A DNA stretch of 64,000 bases from Microgenomates group bacterium (GTDB lineage: Bacteria; Patescibacteriota; Microgenomatia; Daviesbacterales; UBA10151). A program made the position numbers and the translations under genes. How positions within the stretch are numbered: position 1 is the stretch's first letter; every line of letters begins with the position of its first letter. This document shows positions 21,889 through 31,878 of the stretch, piece by piece. Location of the stretch: NCBI GenBank assembly GCA_041659805.1, contig JBAZXP010000001.1:880224-944223 (forward strand), given 5' to 3'. Under the pieces are notes generated by a model. The model had not been told where the DNA came from, ran no database searches, and saw only the letters and a program-made list of their open reading frames with translations.

Positions 21889-22980
21889 ATGAGTAAACTA
21901 AAACCTGTTTGTTTGGGGCAGGGGACACCATATTTAGATTCTGATCAAGCTATCAGGAAATTCGTCATAAAAGCGATTAATGATAATAAGGTTGATAAAT
22001 ACACTGATTCACAAGGAGTTTTAGGAATACGCGAATTAATCAGTAAAAAACTAAAGGAGGAGGGGATGGAATATAATCCCGAGGAAATTGTCTTAACAAC
22101 AGGGGCACTTGAAACAATTCATTGTATATTCTTATCACTTCAAAAATATAAAAATCCCGAAGTTCTAATTCCTGTTCCAACATATTTTAGATATTTTGAG
22201 CTAGCTAAACTTGCAGGAGTAAATCTAATTCCTGTCCCTTTAAATGAAGAAAAAAACTGGGATTTGGATATCGATCTTTTGAAACAAAAAATTACTCCTA
22301 ACACAAAGGCAATTTTAATTTGTAGCCCCAACAACCCCACAGGAAATATAATTCCCAAAGATAAAATTTTGGAAGTTTGTAAACTGGCGAAATCCAAAAA
22401 TATTAAAGTGATTATGGATGATATCTATTCCACTTTTTGTTTTGAAGGAAAGTTATTTAATCCTGCAACAAAATCAGAATTTAAGGATACAATCATAAGG
22501 GTAGTCAGTTTTTCTAAAACATATTCCTTAACAGGGTGGAGAATTGGATATGTCCATAGTGATATAAAAAATATCCAACCGATTTTTGATATGCATTCCA
22601 CAATTTCAATTTGTGCTCCAGCTGTTTCACAATATGCAGGAATGGGTGCATTACTTTCCGGAGAAAGAATTGCTAAAGAAACGTTTGAAATTTACAAAAT
22701 GAACAGGACATTAATGGGAGATTGCCTGGAAAAAATGCCACAACTAGAGGTAGCTTGGCCTCAAGGGGGATATTATTTTTTTCCTAAAATTAAGGGATTA
22801 AAAAATGATGTAATTTTTTGTCGGGAATTAAAAAGACAACAAAATCTGACAGTTTCACCTGGTTCTTCATTTGGAAGCGGGGGAGAAGGACATGTTAGAA
22901 TATGTTTTGGTAAATCTGAGTCAGATATTAAAGAAGGCATGAAAAGATTGGCAAATTTTTTAAAGGATTTTAAAAATTAG
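21889..22980 (+). CDS. pyridoxal-phosphate-dependent aminotransferase, class I/II
   Basis: ICSPNNPTGN...SFSKTYSLTGWRIGY, with the PLP lysine in SFSK. Confidence 0.75.
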   Translation: MSKLKPVCLGQGTPYLDSDQAIRKFVIKAINDNKVDKYTDSQGVLGIRELISKKLKEEGMEYNPEEIVLTTGALETIHCIFLSLQKYKNPEVLIPVPTYFRYFELAKLAGVNLIPVPLNEEKNWDLDIDLLKQKITPNTKAILICSPNNPTGNIIPKDKILEVCKLAKSKNIKVIMDDIYSTFCFEGKLFNPATKSEFKDTIIRVVSFSKTYSLTGWRIGYVHSDIKNIQPIFDMHSTISICAPAVSQYAGMGALLSGERIAKETFEIYKMNRTLMGDCLEKMPQLEVAWPQGGYYFFPKIKGLKNDVIFCRELKRQQNLTVSPGSSFGSGGEGHVRICFGKSESDIKEGMKRLANFLKDFKN

Positions 22981-23874
22981 ATGAATATTTTACTTATTAC
23001 AGGAGGATTATCCAGCGAAAGAAGTGTTTCTTTGATCTCTGCCAGTGAAGTAAAAAAAGCATTGGAAAAAAATAACCACCATGTTCAGATGTTTGATATT
23101 AAAAACAGTGCTAAAAAACTGTCTGAATTAATTAACAATTGCGACGTAGTTTTTCCGGTACTTCATGGTGAAGATGGCGAAGGAGGAGAGTTGCAGAAAT
23201 TTTTACTAAAATCTGGCAAACCTTATGTCGGGGGGGACCCTAAGGGATTAAAACTTGGTTGGTATAAAATTCCTTTTAAAGAATTTTGTGATAAAAATAA
23301 TATTCCAACTGCTTCCTGGAAAAAAATCAAAACTATTCAAGATGTTATAGACTTTGGACTTCCCTGTGTTGCAAAAAGCACTAATGGAGGATCATCTAAG
23401 GAAGTAGCTATCTTAAAAAACTCCATTGATTTAAAAAAGAAAATATTTTTAAATTTATTTAAATTAAATCAGTCTTTATATACAGAAAGATTTTTACCAG
23501 GAACAGAGATAACTGTAGGCATTTTAGGTGATAAGGCTTTGCCTGTTGTAGAAATCATACCTCCTGAAGGAAGTTGGTTTGATTTTAAAAATAAATATTC
23601 AGGAAAAACAAAAGAAATAGTTGACACACCAAATTTAAGCGCAAAGATAAAAAAACAATCTCAGGAGATTGCTCTAAAAATACATCAAACTCTAAACCTT
23701 GGTCAATATTCCAGAATAGATTTTATTGTAGTAAATGATATTCCTTATGTTTTAGAAGTAAATATTATTCCTGGCATGACTCCAAACAGTCTTTTTCCAA
23801 AAGCCGCCCTAGCTGCAGGTTTCACTTTCCCAAAATTAATCCAAAAGTTAGTTGAATTAAGCCTGCACAAATAA
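22981..23874 (+). CDS. ddl: D-alanine--D-alanine ligase
   Basis: MNILLITGGLSSERSVSLISA...ATP-grasp domain. Confidence 0.85.
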   Translation: MNILLITGGLSSERSVSLISASEVKKALEKNNHHVQMFDIKNSAKKLSELINNCDVVFPVLHGEDGEGGELQKFLLKSGKPYVGGDPKGLKLGWYKIPFKEFCDKNNIPTASWKKIKTIQDVIDFGLPCVAKSTNGGSSKEVAILKNSIDLKKKIFLNLFKLNQSLYTERFLPGTEITVGILGDKALPVVEIIPPEGSWFDFKNKYSGKTKEIVDTPNLSAKIKKQSQEIALKIHQTLNLGQYSRIDFIVVNDIPYVLEVNIIPGMTPNSLFPKAALAAGFTFPKLIQKLVELSLHK

Positions 23875-23896
23875 CCTATTTTTACCCCTAAAAGGC

Positions 23897-23926
23897 TTGC
23901 CTTTATACACTCAAAAAGGGTATAAT
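23897..23926 (+). promoter_or_regulatory. sigma70-like promoter for gyrA (TTGCCT-18-TATAAT)
   Basis: Hexamers read directly from the sequence upstream of gyrA. Confidence 0.4.
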
Positions 23927-23952
23927 AATTAAAGAGCTTAAGGCTTTTTTTT

Positions 23953-26544
23953 ATGTCTAATATAGGTAAAATAGAATTAACCCCAATTGTAGAAGAGATG
24001 CGCAGGTCATACCTTGACTATGCCATGTCTGTTATTGTTTCCCGTGCTTTGCCTGATGTACGAGATGGCTTAAAGCCTGTGCAAAGAAGAATAATCTTTG
24101 TTATGTATGAGCTAGGCCTTTTACATTCTTCAACTTTTAGAAAATGTGCCAAAATTGCAGGTGACACTTCTGGAAATTACCATCCACACGGTGAATCAAA
24201 TGTTTATGGCGCTTTGGTAAATTTAGTGCAGGACTTTTCCATGCGTTATCCATTAATTGACGGTCAGGGAAACTTTGGTTCAGTTGATGGAGACATGCCT
24301 GCTGCCATGAGGTACACTGAAGCGCGTTTGGCAAATATTTCTGAGGAAATGCTCAGAGATATTAACAAAGGTACTGTTGATTTTATTCCAAACTATGACC
24401 AAACAAAAAATGAACCAACAGTTTTACCTGCAGGAATTCCAAATTTATTACTTAATGGTGCGTCAGGTATTGCTGTTGGTATGGCAACTCAAATTCCACC
24501 TCATAATTTAGGAGAGTTAATTAATGCATTGACTTTCATGATTGATCATCCAGTAAAGCCAGAGGTTCAGCAAAAGTCAGCAAATCAGCAAATCAGCACG
24601 TCAGCGGATCAGCAGGAAAAAGACACTAATTCTGCCGATACTCCGACACTCCGACCTACTGACATTCAGATTCCAGCTGAAACTACTGGAAAATTCCGCT
24701 CAGAAGCCACGGTTGAAGATTTATTAGAATTTGTAAAAGGCCCTGATTTTCCAACAGGTGGATCAATTTATGATCAATCAGAAATTATTAATGCTTATGC
24801 AACTGGTAAGGGCAGAATTGTAATGAGGGCTAAAGCAGAAATTGAAGAAGCCAAAAATGGCAGATTTGATATTATCGTGACAGAACTTCCATACCAGGTT
24901 AATAAGGCAACCTTAATCACCAGAATTGCAGAATTACACAAAGACAAAAAAATAGAAGGAATTTCAGATCTCCGGGATGAATCAGATAGAAGGGGAATGA
25001 GGATTGTAATGGAGTTAAAGCGCGATGCAAAGCCCCAATCTCTACTTAATAACCTTTATAAACACACCTCAATGCAGTCAGTTTTTAATGTAAATATGGT
25101 GGCTTTAGTTGATGGAGTACCTCATTTACTACCACTCAAATATATTCTGGAAGAATTTATCACCCACAGACAAATTATTGTCAGGCGTAGATCAGAGTTT
25201 GAATTAGCAGAAGCCAGAGCCCGTGAACATATCCTGGAAGGGTTAAAAATTGCTGTTGATAATATTGATGAGGTTATTGCCACAATCAGAAAAAGCAAGG
25301 ATGCAGATGACGCCAAGACTAATTTGATGACCAAATTTAAGCTAAGTGACTTGCAAGCTCAGGCAATTTTGGACATGCAACTGCGCAGGTTGGCAGCCTT
25401 GGAAAGACAAAAAATTGAAGATGAGCTTAAGATGGTTCGCGAAACCATTGCCTACTTAGTAGACCTCTTGGCACATCCTGAAAAAATACTGGGAGTTATC
25501 AAAGATGAACTGGCAAAAATTAAGGATAAATTTGCAGACGAGAGAAAAACCCGCGTTTACAAACAAAAAATTGGCGAATTCTCTGAAGAAGATTTAGTGG
25601 CAGATGAACAAACAATAGTAACAATCACTGAAGGAGGTTATATTAAAAGACAACCACCTTCAACTTTTAGAATACAAAATAGGGGAGGAAAGGGTGTTTC
25701 TGGTATTACTACCAAAGAAGAAGATGCAGTTTCCCATATTTTCTACACCAAAACATTAGATAATATTTTGTTCTTTACAGATAAGGGTAGGGTTTTCCAA
25801 ATGAAGGTCTGGGAGATACCAGAAGCCTCCAGAATAGCCAAAGGGCAGGCGATTGTTAATTTAATTAACATTGAGCAAGGAGAAAAAATTACTGCTATTT
25901 TAACGCTCCGACAAAAAGATTCAACTAAATACTTATTCATGTGTACTAAATTCGGTAATGTTAAGAAAACAGAAATAGGAGAATACTCTTCTATTCGGAA
26001 AAATGGTTTAATTTCCATTAAACTGGACGAAAACGACGAGCTGGGATGGGTAAATCCGACAACAGGGGAAGACGAGATGATTATTGTGTCCCGTGATGGT
26101 CAATCAATCAGGTTTAGTGAACACGATGTCAGATCTACACACAGAGATACTGCCGGGGTTAGAGGAGTGAAGCTAAATAAAGGAGATACTGTTGTTTCAG
26201 CTCAAAAGATTGATGATCCAAAATCAGATACAGTTTTAGTGGTTATGGCAAATGGCTTAGGCAAAAAAACCATGATCGCCAATTGGACCAGACAAATTAG
26301 AGGAGGAATGGGTGTTAAAGCAGCCCAGGTAACAGAGAAGACAGGCCCAATTATGACAGCCCAGATTGTTGAAAAAGGCGTTGATACATTGGTGCTTACT
26401 TCTAACAAAGGTCAGATTATTAAATTAAATTTAAATGATGTTCCAACACTTCAAAGACAAACTCAGGGGGTAATCCTCATGAGAATGCGGGAAGGTGAAA
26501 AAGTAGCTGCAGCAGCTATTGTTTCATCCAAGGAAAAAGAGTAA
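23953..26544 (+). CDS. gyrA: DNA gyrase subunit A, with an in-frame low-complexity insertion
   Basis: LPDVRDGLKPVQRRI...QIPPHNL...GPDFPTGG and C-terminal beta-pinwheel repeats. There is a ~45-aa Q/S/T/D-rich insertion between IDHP and VEDLLEFVKGPDFPTGG. Confidence 0.95.
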   Translation: MSNIGKIELTPIVEEMRRSYLDYAMSVIVSRALPDVRDGLKPVQRRIIFVMYELGLLHSSTFRKCAKIAGDTSGNYHPHGESNVYGALVNLVQDFSMRYPLIDGQGNFGSVDGDMPAAMRYTEARLANISEEMLRDINKGTVDFIPNYDQTKNEPTVLPAGIPNLLLNGASGIAVGMATQIPPHNLGELINALTFMIDHPVKPEVQQKSANQQISTSADQQEKDTNSADTPTLRPTDIQIPAETTGKFRSEATVEDLLEFVKGPDFPTGGSIYDQSEIINAYATGKGRIVMRAKAEIEEAKNGRFDIIVTELPYQVNKATLITRIAELHKDKKIEGISDLRDESDRRGMRIVMELKRDAKPQSLLNNLYKHTSMQSVFNVNMVALVDGVPHLLPLKYILEEFITHRQIIVRRRSEFELAEARAREHILEGLKIAVDNIDEVIATIRKSKDADDAKTNLMTKFKLSDLQAQAILDMQLRRLAALERQKIEDELKMVRETIAYLVDLLAHPEKILGVIKDELAKIKDKFADERKTRVYKQKIGEFSEEDLVADEQTIVTITEGGYIKRQPPSTFRIQNRGGKGVSGITTKEEDAVSHIFYTKTLDNILFFTDKGRVFQMKVWEIPEASRIAKGQAIVNLINIEQGEKITAILTLRQKDSTKYLFMCTKFGNVKKTEIGEYSSIRKNGLISIKLDENDELGWVNPTTGEDEMIIVSRDGQSIRFSEHDVRSTHRDTAGVRGVKLNKGDTVVSAQKIDDPKSDTVLVVMANGLGKKTMIANWTRQIRGGMGVKAAQVTEKTGPIMTAQIVEKGVDTLVLTSNKGQIIKLNLNDVPTLQRQTQGVILMRMREGEKVAAAAIVSSKEKE

Positions 26545-26555
26545 ATTTAATATAG

Positions 26556-26759
26556 ATGGAAAAAAAATTAACTGCCATAGCTGTTTTTTATTTTGTGATT
26601 GGATTAGTCTTTGCCATTGCCTTCGCTATTTTTTACCACTGGCCAACACTTTCATACTTTAGCCCAAATTTTTATTCAGTGGTCTTAACCTGGCCATTTC
26701 AAATTCCGGGATTTATAACTGATTTTCAATACTACGGCCTAGCCGGAAAATTATATTAA
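26556..26759 (+). CDS. small hydrophobic protein (hypothetical)
   Basis: 67 aa with one TM helix. It overlaps the convergent recombinase gene by 4 nt. Confidence 0.3.
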   Translation: MEKKLTAIAVFYFVIGLVFAIAFAIFYHWPTLSYFSPNFYSVVLTWPFQIPGFITDFQYYGLAGKLY

Positions 26760-27682
26760 GATATATCCTTATTCCCACTATGAAAAGTCTTATGCACATC
26801 TTTTAAGTGTTTATTGGTTACATGAGTATAGATTTGAGTTGTGGAGATATTGGAATGACCAAGCATTTCCTGCACAGACCTGATATCAGCCCCATTAATA
26901 AGCAAATCTGTGGCAAAAGAATGCCTTAAGGTATGTGGTGTAGCTTTTACTAAAATCCCGGCAGCTTTAACATATTTTTCTACAATTCTTTCAATTGATC
27001 GGGGAGTGAGCCTCATTCCTTCACCTCCAGGACTAACATCAACTGTGCCCTGAAACCTGATAAACAAAGGTGAAAAACTATCTTTTCTGTTTTTTAAATA
27101 CTGATCAAGCCAGTAAATTGCAGACTCACTCAAAAATACCACCCTTTCCTTGGATCCTTTTCCGACAACAGAAAACTCTGCCCGGTCTAAATTTATTGAA
27201 TCGCGGTTTAAAGAAGCTAATTCTGCCACACGAAGCCCTGTTGAAAAAAGAGTTTCCAGAAGAGATCTATCACGCAAACCTCCGATTGTATTTGTTTGGG
27301 GAGATTCAAGCAGTTTTTTTAAGGATTCGTCATCGAGAACTTTAATAGGGGAGGCATCAGTCTCACCAAGCTCAATTTGTTCTGCTGAGAGCGATTCTAT
27401 GCCTTGTTTTGACAAATACCTTAAAAAAGCACGCAGGGCAATCATAAAAAAATTTTGAGTAACTCGCTTTAGTGGCTCTTTTGTTTTGGGATCTGTCCAG
27501 CGGTTTAAAAAAAGGCGGTATTTGCGAACTAAGCTTAAGTTAATATCTGATGGTTTAATATCACCGGCAAAATCCAGAAACCGTTTTAAATAATGATCAT
27601 AATTTTGGATTGTTTTTTGAGACGTATTACGCTCAATTTCCAGATATTCCAAAAAGTCTGTTATAGTTGCAGAAAGAGTCAT
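26756..27682 (-). CDS. tyrosine recombinase XerC/XerD family
   Basis: C-terminal HTLRHSFATDLLINGADIRSVQEMLGHSNISTTQIYTHV (R..H..R..Y catalytic residues). It abuts the cohesin gene. Confidence 0.8.
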   Translation of the reverse strand: MTLSATITDFLEYLEIERNTSQKTIQNYDHYLKRFLDFAGDIKPSDINLSLVRKYRLFLNRWTDPKTKEPLKRVTQNFFMIALRAFLRYLSKQGIESLSAEQIELGETDASPIKVLDDESLKKLLESPQTNTIGGLRDRSLLETLFSTGLRVAELASLNRDSINLDRAEFSVVGKGSKERVVFLSESAIYWLDQYLKNRKDSFSPLFIRFQGTVDVSPGGEGMRLTPRSIERIVEKYVKAAGILVKATPHTLRHSFATDLLINGADIRSVQEMLGHSNISTTQIYTHVTNKHLKDVHKTFHSGNKDIS

Positions 27683-28381
27683 TTAGCGTCTTGCCAAAGA
27701 AATAAAACCCAGGAAAGTTAAAACCCCACCGACTGCAATCAACATTAGAGTAGTATTTAAATCCGCGGTACCGGGTAGCGGCGCAGCTGGGGCTCTTGTA
27801 ATCGGAGCTTCTGTTATAGTTGCAGAAGGTGTTGATATTGGCGCTCCTGTACCGCTACAAGCTCCGGTACCGATAACAAAATTACCATTAACAACCTGAT
27901 TTAAAGTTTCTGCCATAGTTCCTACTTCTACAACATTCGAATCAGTGGTTTTGCTTTTATCATTTGCATCGAAATCGAATTTAATTTGAGTTGCCCCTAC
28001 AGGTGCGGTTTCCAGGACTGTAAAATCAACTGTTGCTAATGTTCCTGAGCCTTTATAGGAAGAAGTCGCAGACGCTAAACCTGAAACTAAAACAGTTCCG
28101 GTAGCTGTATCAATGTTGTTACCGGGGTAATCAGGATAAATACTGCCATTATTTATTTTATTTGCAATAAAGCGGGTTGTATCGTAATTTAAAATCACAT
28201 CTGTGCCTGCAGTATCATAACCACCGGTATCCAGTAAAATCTGCAAAGAAAACTTACAATTTTTGTTAAATGTCCCAGTAGCAGGGGAGAGTGAAAGAGT
28301 AGACCCAGCAGCAAACACCACAGCAGGACTCGTAAAAAGAACGCTTATTATGCTTAAGATTGTTAAAATTACTTTTTTCAT
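27683..28381 (-). CDS. cohesin-like domain protein with a C-terminal LPXTG-type (LPGTA) sorting signal
   Basis: Signal peptide. A cohesin-like beta-sandwich segment (DVILNYDTTRF...GTLATVDFTVLETAPVGATQIKFDF). C-terminus LPGTAD + hydrophobic stretch + ARR. Confidence 0.6.
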   Translation of the reverse strand: MKKVILTILSIISVLFTSPAVVFAAGSTLSLSPATGTFNKNCKFSLQILLDTGGYDTAGTDVILNYDTTRFIANKINNGSIYPDYPGNNIDTATGTVLVSGLASATSSYKGSGTLATVDFTVLETAPVGATQIKFDFDANDKSKTTDSNVVEVGTMAETLNQVVNGNFVIGTGACSGTGAPISTPSATITEAPITRAPAAPLPGTADLNTTLMLIAVGGVLTFLGFISLARR

Positions 28382-29007
28382 TGAGTTATTGTTATATCCA
28401 GGTTTTTAACTTCCTCCAAGACATCATCAGAAGTTTTACTGTCAATTAGGTTTGTATCGTTTGTTCTTTTGGGCGCAAACTCAAGAAAAATCTTAGCTTT
28501 CCCTGCAGCCTTAGCCTGAAAAATAATTGTACCAAATAACCCCTTGGGTACAACTCCTCCAACTTTATTGGTAATTCCTGAAACTGTAATAACTCCGTTT
28601 TTTTCATCAACAGAATTAATAGGGTATTCATCATAAAGATTTCCCAAACTAACAGGAGTTTTTGATGCGTTTGAGGCTAAACTCAAAAGGTTGGCATCAT
28701 AATGAATAATCAAATCTGCGCCGGCCGTCATTTTGTTTGAATCTATATTTATTCCGATCGGCACAACCTCACCAATTTTAAATTGAGTTTTAGGTGAGGT
28801 TAAAGAAATAGTATTTGAGTTCCCAGTTTGTGCCACAGAGGTAGATGTTGAGGTTGCGGTTGGTTGGTTTTGGTTCTGTTTGTTAATTGCCTGATAAGCC
28901 CAAACCCCTTCAGCACCTATTATAATCACAACCAAAATTATTAAATAAATTGGCTTAATATTGCTTAGTATTGATGATATTTTTGTTTGTATATTGGACA
29001 GGTCCAT
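28378..29007 (-). CDS. cohesin-like domain protein with an N-terminal membrane anchor
   Basis: N-terminal TM (IYLIILVVIIIGAEGVWAY), a Q/N/T/S linker, then ADLIIHYDANLL...GTIIFQAKAAGKAKIFLEF, which is cohesin-like. Confidence 0.55.
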   Translation of the reverse strand: MDLSNIQTKISSILSNIKPIYLIILVVIIIGAEGVWAYQAINKQNQNQPTATSTSTSVAQTGNSNTISLTSPKTQFKIGEVVPIGINIDSNKMTAGADLIIHYDANLLSLASNASKTPVSLGNLYDEYPINSVDEKNGVITVSGITNKVGGVVPKGLFGTIIFQAKAAGKAKIFLEFAPKRTNDTNLIDSKTSDDVLEEVKNLDITITQ

Positions 29008-29070
29008 TAAATAAAAATCCTTACTTTAATTGAATCACAAAGGGTTGTCTTCTGTCTAGTTTTATCATAT

Positions 29071-29340
29071 TTATTGTGTTGCTGCTGAAGTCGATTCTGG
29101 TGCAGGAGGACCAAGAGGAGAACGCAGTTCAACGGTTAAAGCAGTTGAGCTGGTTGTTCTTTTATCAGGACTAACATTATCTCCTGTAAATGTAATTGGA
29201 TCTGCTGCTGCTTTTGACCTTAGGAACTGTTGCTCTGAAGCTAATTTTACTCCGACAGGAATTACCAGCACCATAATTCCGATAATCAACAGGGTTATAA
29301 TATTTTTCTTATTTAATGTGCGTGTATTATTCTCGTCCAT
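29071..29340 (-). CDS. truncated paralog of the 31879..32583 product (shares the N-terminal TM + QQFLRSKAA..ITF signal)
   Basis: 89 aa that align with the first ~90 aa of the 234-aa protein. It may be a gene fragment. Confidence 0.4.
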   Translation of the reverse strand: MDENNTRTLNKKNIITLLIIGIMVLVIPVGVKLASEQQFLRSKAAADPITFTGDNVSPDKRTTSSTALTVELRSPLGPPAPESTSAATQ

Positions 29341-29342
29341 AT

Positions 29343-31877
29343 TTAATCTCCACTCTTATTATAATTATTTTGTAAGCAAGAGTAATCAACAGAGTTAACC
29401 CTACCATCATTATTTAAATCACCAGGTCTGGTAACATCAGAATTAATTGCCCATTCTCTGGACATCTCACCTTTATCAAAAGCATTAACTTTATTATCAG
29501 GGGAGGAAACTGGATAGATATCTCCTACGTATAGAACAATTTCACCCAGATTAGTCGTTCCTTCTTCTGCCACAAACTCAACTCTTCTACTGACAGTTTT
29601 AGGAGCTTTAAGACTCAACACATAAGTTTTTCCGATTTCAATACCAGGTGTAAAATCAACAGGTTTACCTTCTTTATCAATTTTAATCTTTTTATTAATC
29701 AGGGATTTAGCACCTTCAACCTTTTCTTTGATATCAACCGCTACATTATCCATTGATAAATCACCGCCAGAAGCCAAACAAGTAGTTTTCTCTGTAAAAT
29801 CGACTGTTGTCAGGTCCAGTGAACAATAACCATTTACCACAGTACCATCATCCAAAGTGAGCACAATTTGATGACGACCTCCGGTTAGTTTCTCATTCAC
29901 ACTGGATCTAATCTCATACCTGGTATCATTGTTTGCTCGGACAGCACCAGACTGAGTTGCAGACCCAGAAGAAGTTGTTTCCCTCCCCAAAGCTATCCAG
30001 GAACTAATATTTGCCCGCTTACCTTCAACGCTAATATTCCCAGAACCTTGTTCATCGTGTGGTCCAATATTTATACCTCTGACGTTCACCAATGTTCCGG
30101 TTCCTAAAGGATTAAATGTGCAGGTTGCTGAAGTAACTCTTGGTTGACCACCAATATATTTAATACTTTTTGTAACAACAGGACTTTTATTGCCTTTATT
30201 ATCTCTAAACTGACAAAACAGGTTCAAATTTCCACCAGGGACAACGTTATAAGTAAACTCATAATTAAATAATATAGGGGCGCCAGATCCATCTTGATTC
30301 CTGTACGTCTTCCATTGTGGGGCGCTTGAACCAGCATCATCCTTATCAAAACTTTGTTCTGAACACCTGTAATCCGTGGTATAGGTAGGAATTGTAGGAG
30401 TTGGCGGAGGAGGAGTAGGAGTAGGAGTAACATAAGTAATTTGACGTTGGCTAACTTCACTGGTGGTAGTCTGATCAGATTTTTTAAACTGAACAAATAC
30501 AGTATAAACTTTTCCTCCTACAGGATTGGATAGGGTATGACCAAAGAGTGTTAAAGTATCACTGCCGCCTGCAGGAGAATATGATCTCCAGGGATATGAA
30601 GCGTTTTCAGGATCTCCACCATTAAAAGGCACATCAACAGAATAGCGGTATTGGTAAGTTCTGTCGGTGGAAGATGGGGGATTTGTGACTGTAGGAGCAT
30701 CATTCCTTACAATGATTGTTTTTACACTAGAGCCCCCGCAAGAAGTAACATTACCCGTATTCCCTGGGATACCAGTACCACAATCTATACAATTTATGCC
30801 CGCAGGACAACTCGTAGCCGAAAATGACCATTTACAAAAAGCGTTGCCTGAACATGATATTCTGGCTGAACCATTTACCTCTGAGCTATGTGAAGTTATA
30901 AAAGGACCTACATAATATGTACCTGCAATAGTTGGGGTAAACCCACCTGAAAATGAACCGGAATTAGGGCCAGACCTTCTGTCTGCAGAGTTTGTTAAGT
31001 CTGCAGGCACTGCGCTTACATTACAATAGATATTATTACTACCGCCACCCTCCAAATTACTTGTAGGACAACCTGTCGTATCTCTATTTTGGCGACTCCA
31101 AAAAAGTTTGGTGCTTGCTAACCCTCCGGGAACATTACCCCCATTAACATCAACCCTAAAATCAAGCCTTGTACCAGGACGGACATTATTCGGATCAACA
31201 CCAGAGGTAGTAAGGTTCACTACTGCTGAAATTGGACCTGAACCATCAGTGCTACCTGGAGCAGCATTAGCATCTCTAGAAAACCAAACGTGATTCCATC
31301 TACAATTACCCCAATCGTCTGTAGATGATGTAGGTTTCCTAATAGCTTTAATTTCTATAGACTGGTCATTAGAAGGTGTTGCAAAAGTTCCTTGCTGAAT
31401 AGGAATTCCACAATCGTTACCTAAATTATCAGTCAGTTTATGAAACCATTTGGTTAACTTAAAATTAGGATCATCAACATGTATTGACACTCTTGTTGGT
31501 ACACCATCCGCTGTACCCAAAGGAATACTTATACGTTCAAAAGTATAAAAAGGCTCATCATGGACAAAAGTACTACCTTTTCCAGAAGGGTCAGGGTTAC
31601 AGCCACTTGAAAATGAATCACCATCAGTTCCTTGACTCCAAGTCACCTTATAAGTTGGACCGCCTTGACAAGAAAGGCCTCCGCAAGAACCGCCAATTAT
31701 TTTTCTTTGGTTAGGACAACTACCATAAAGTGATGAATCCTCATCTGTCACTTCACCAAGTAAAACAGCTCCCTCTCGTGAACCGTTCCAAACAGCTGAT
31801 GCTTTTTGGGCAGAAAAAACAAAACAGACTGTTAATATTAAGCTAAATAAATATGTAAATACTTTAATTTTTTTCAT
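29343..31877 (-). CDS. large secreted cysteine-rich protein with a C-terminal dockerin-like Ca-binding repeat
   Basis: Sec signal peptide (…SAQKASA|V), a PTPTPPPPTPT linker, and C-terminal GDLNNDGRVNSVDYSCLQNNY, which matches the dockerin repeat consensus. Confidence 0.6.
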   Translation of the reverse strand: MKKIKVFTYLFSLILTVCFVFSAQKASAVWNGSREGAVLLGEVTDEDSSLYGSCPNQRKIIGGSCGGLSCQGGPTYKVTWSQGTDGDSFSSGCNPDPSGKGSTFVHDEPFYTFERISIPLGTADGVPTRVSIHVDDPNFKLTKWFHKLTDNLGNDCGIPIQQGTFATPSNDQSIEIKAIRKPTSSTDDWGNCRWNHVWFSRDANAAPGSTDGSGPISAVVNLTTSGVDPNNVRPGTRLDFRVDVNGGNVPGGLASTKLFWSRQNRDTTGCPTSNLEGGGSNNIYCNVSAVPADLTNSADRRSGPNSGSFSGGFTPTIAGTYYVGPFITSHSSEVNGSARISCSGNAFCKWSFSATSCPAGINCIDCGTGIPGNTGNVTSCGGSSVKTIIVRNDAPTVTNPPSSTDRTYQYRYSVDVPFNGGDPENASYPWRSYSPAGGSDTLTLFGHTLSNPVGGKVYTVFVQFKKSDQTTTSEVSQRQITYVTPTPTPPPPTPTIPTYTTDYRCSEQSFDKDDAGSSAPQWKTYRNQDGSGAPILFNYEFTYNVVPGGNLNLFCQFRDNKGNKSPVVTKSIKYIGGQPRVTSATCTFNPLGTGTLVNVRGINIGPHDEQGSGNISVEGKRANISSWIALGRETTSSGSATQSGAVRANNDTRYEIRSSVNEKLTGGRHQIVLTLDDGTVVNGYCSLDLTTVDFTEKTTCLASGGDLSMDNVAVDIKEKVEGAKSLINKKIKIDKEGKPVDFTPGIEIGKTYVLSLKAPKTVSRRVEFVAEEGTTNLGEIVLYVGDIYPVSSPDNKVNAFDKGEMSREWAINSDVTRPGDLNNDGRVNSVDYSCLQNNYNKSGD

Positions 31878-31878
31878 C

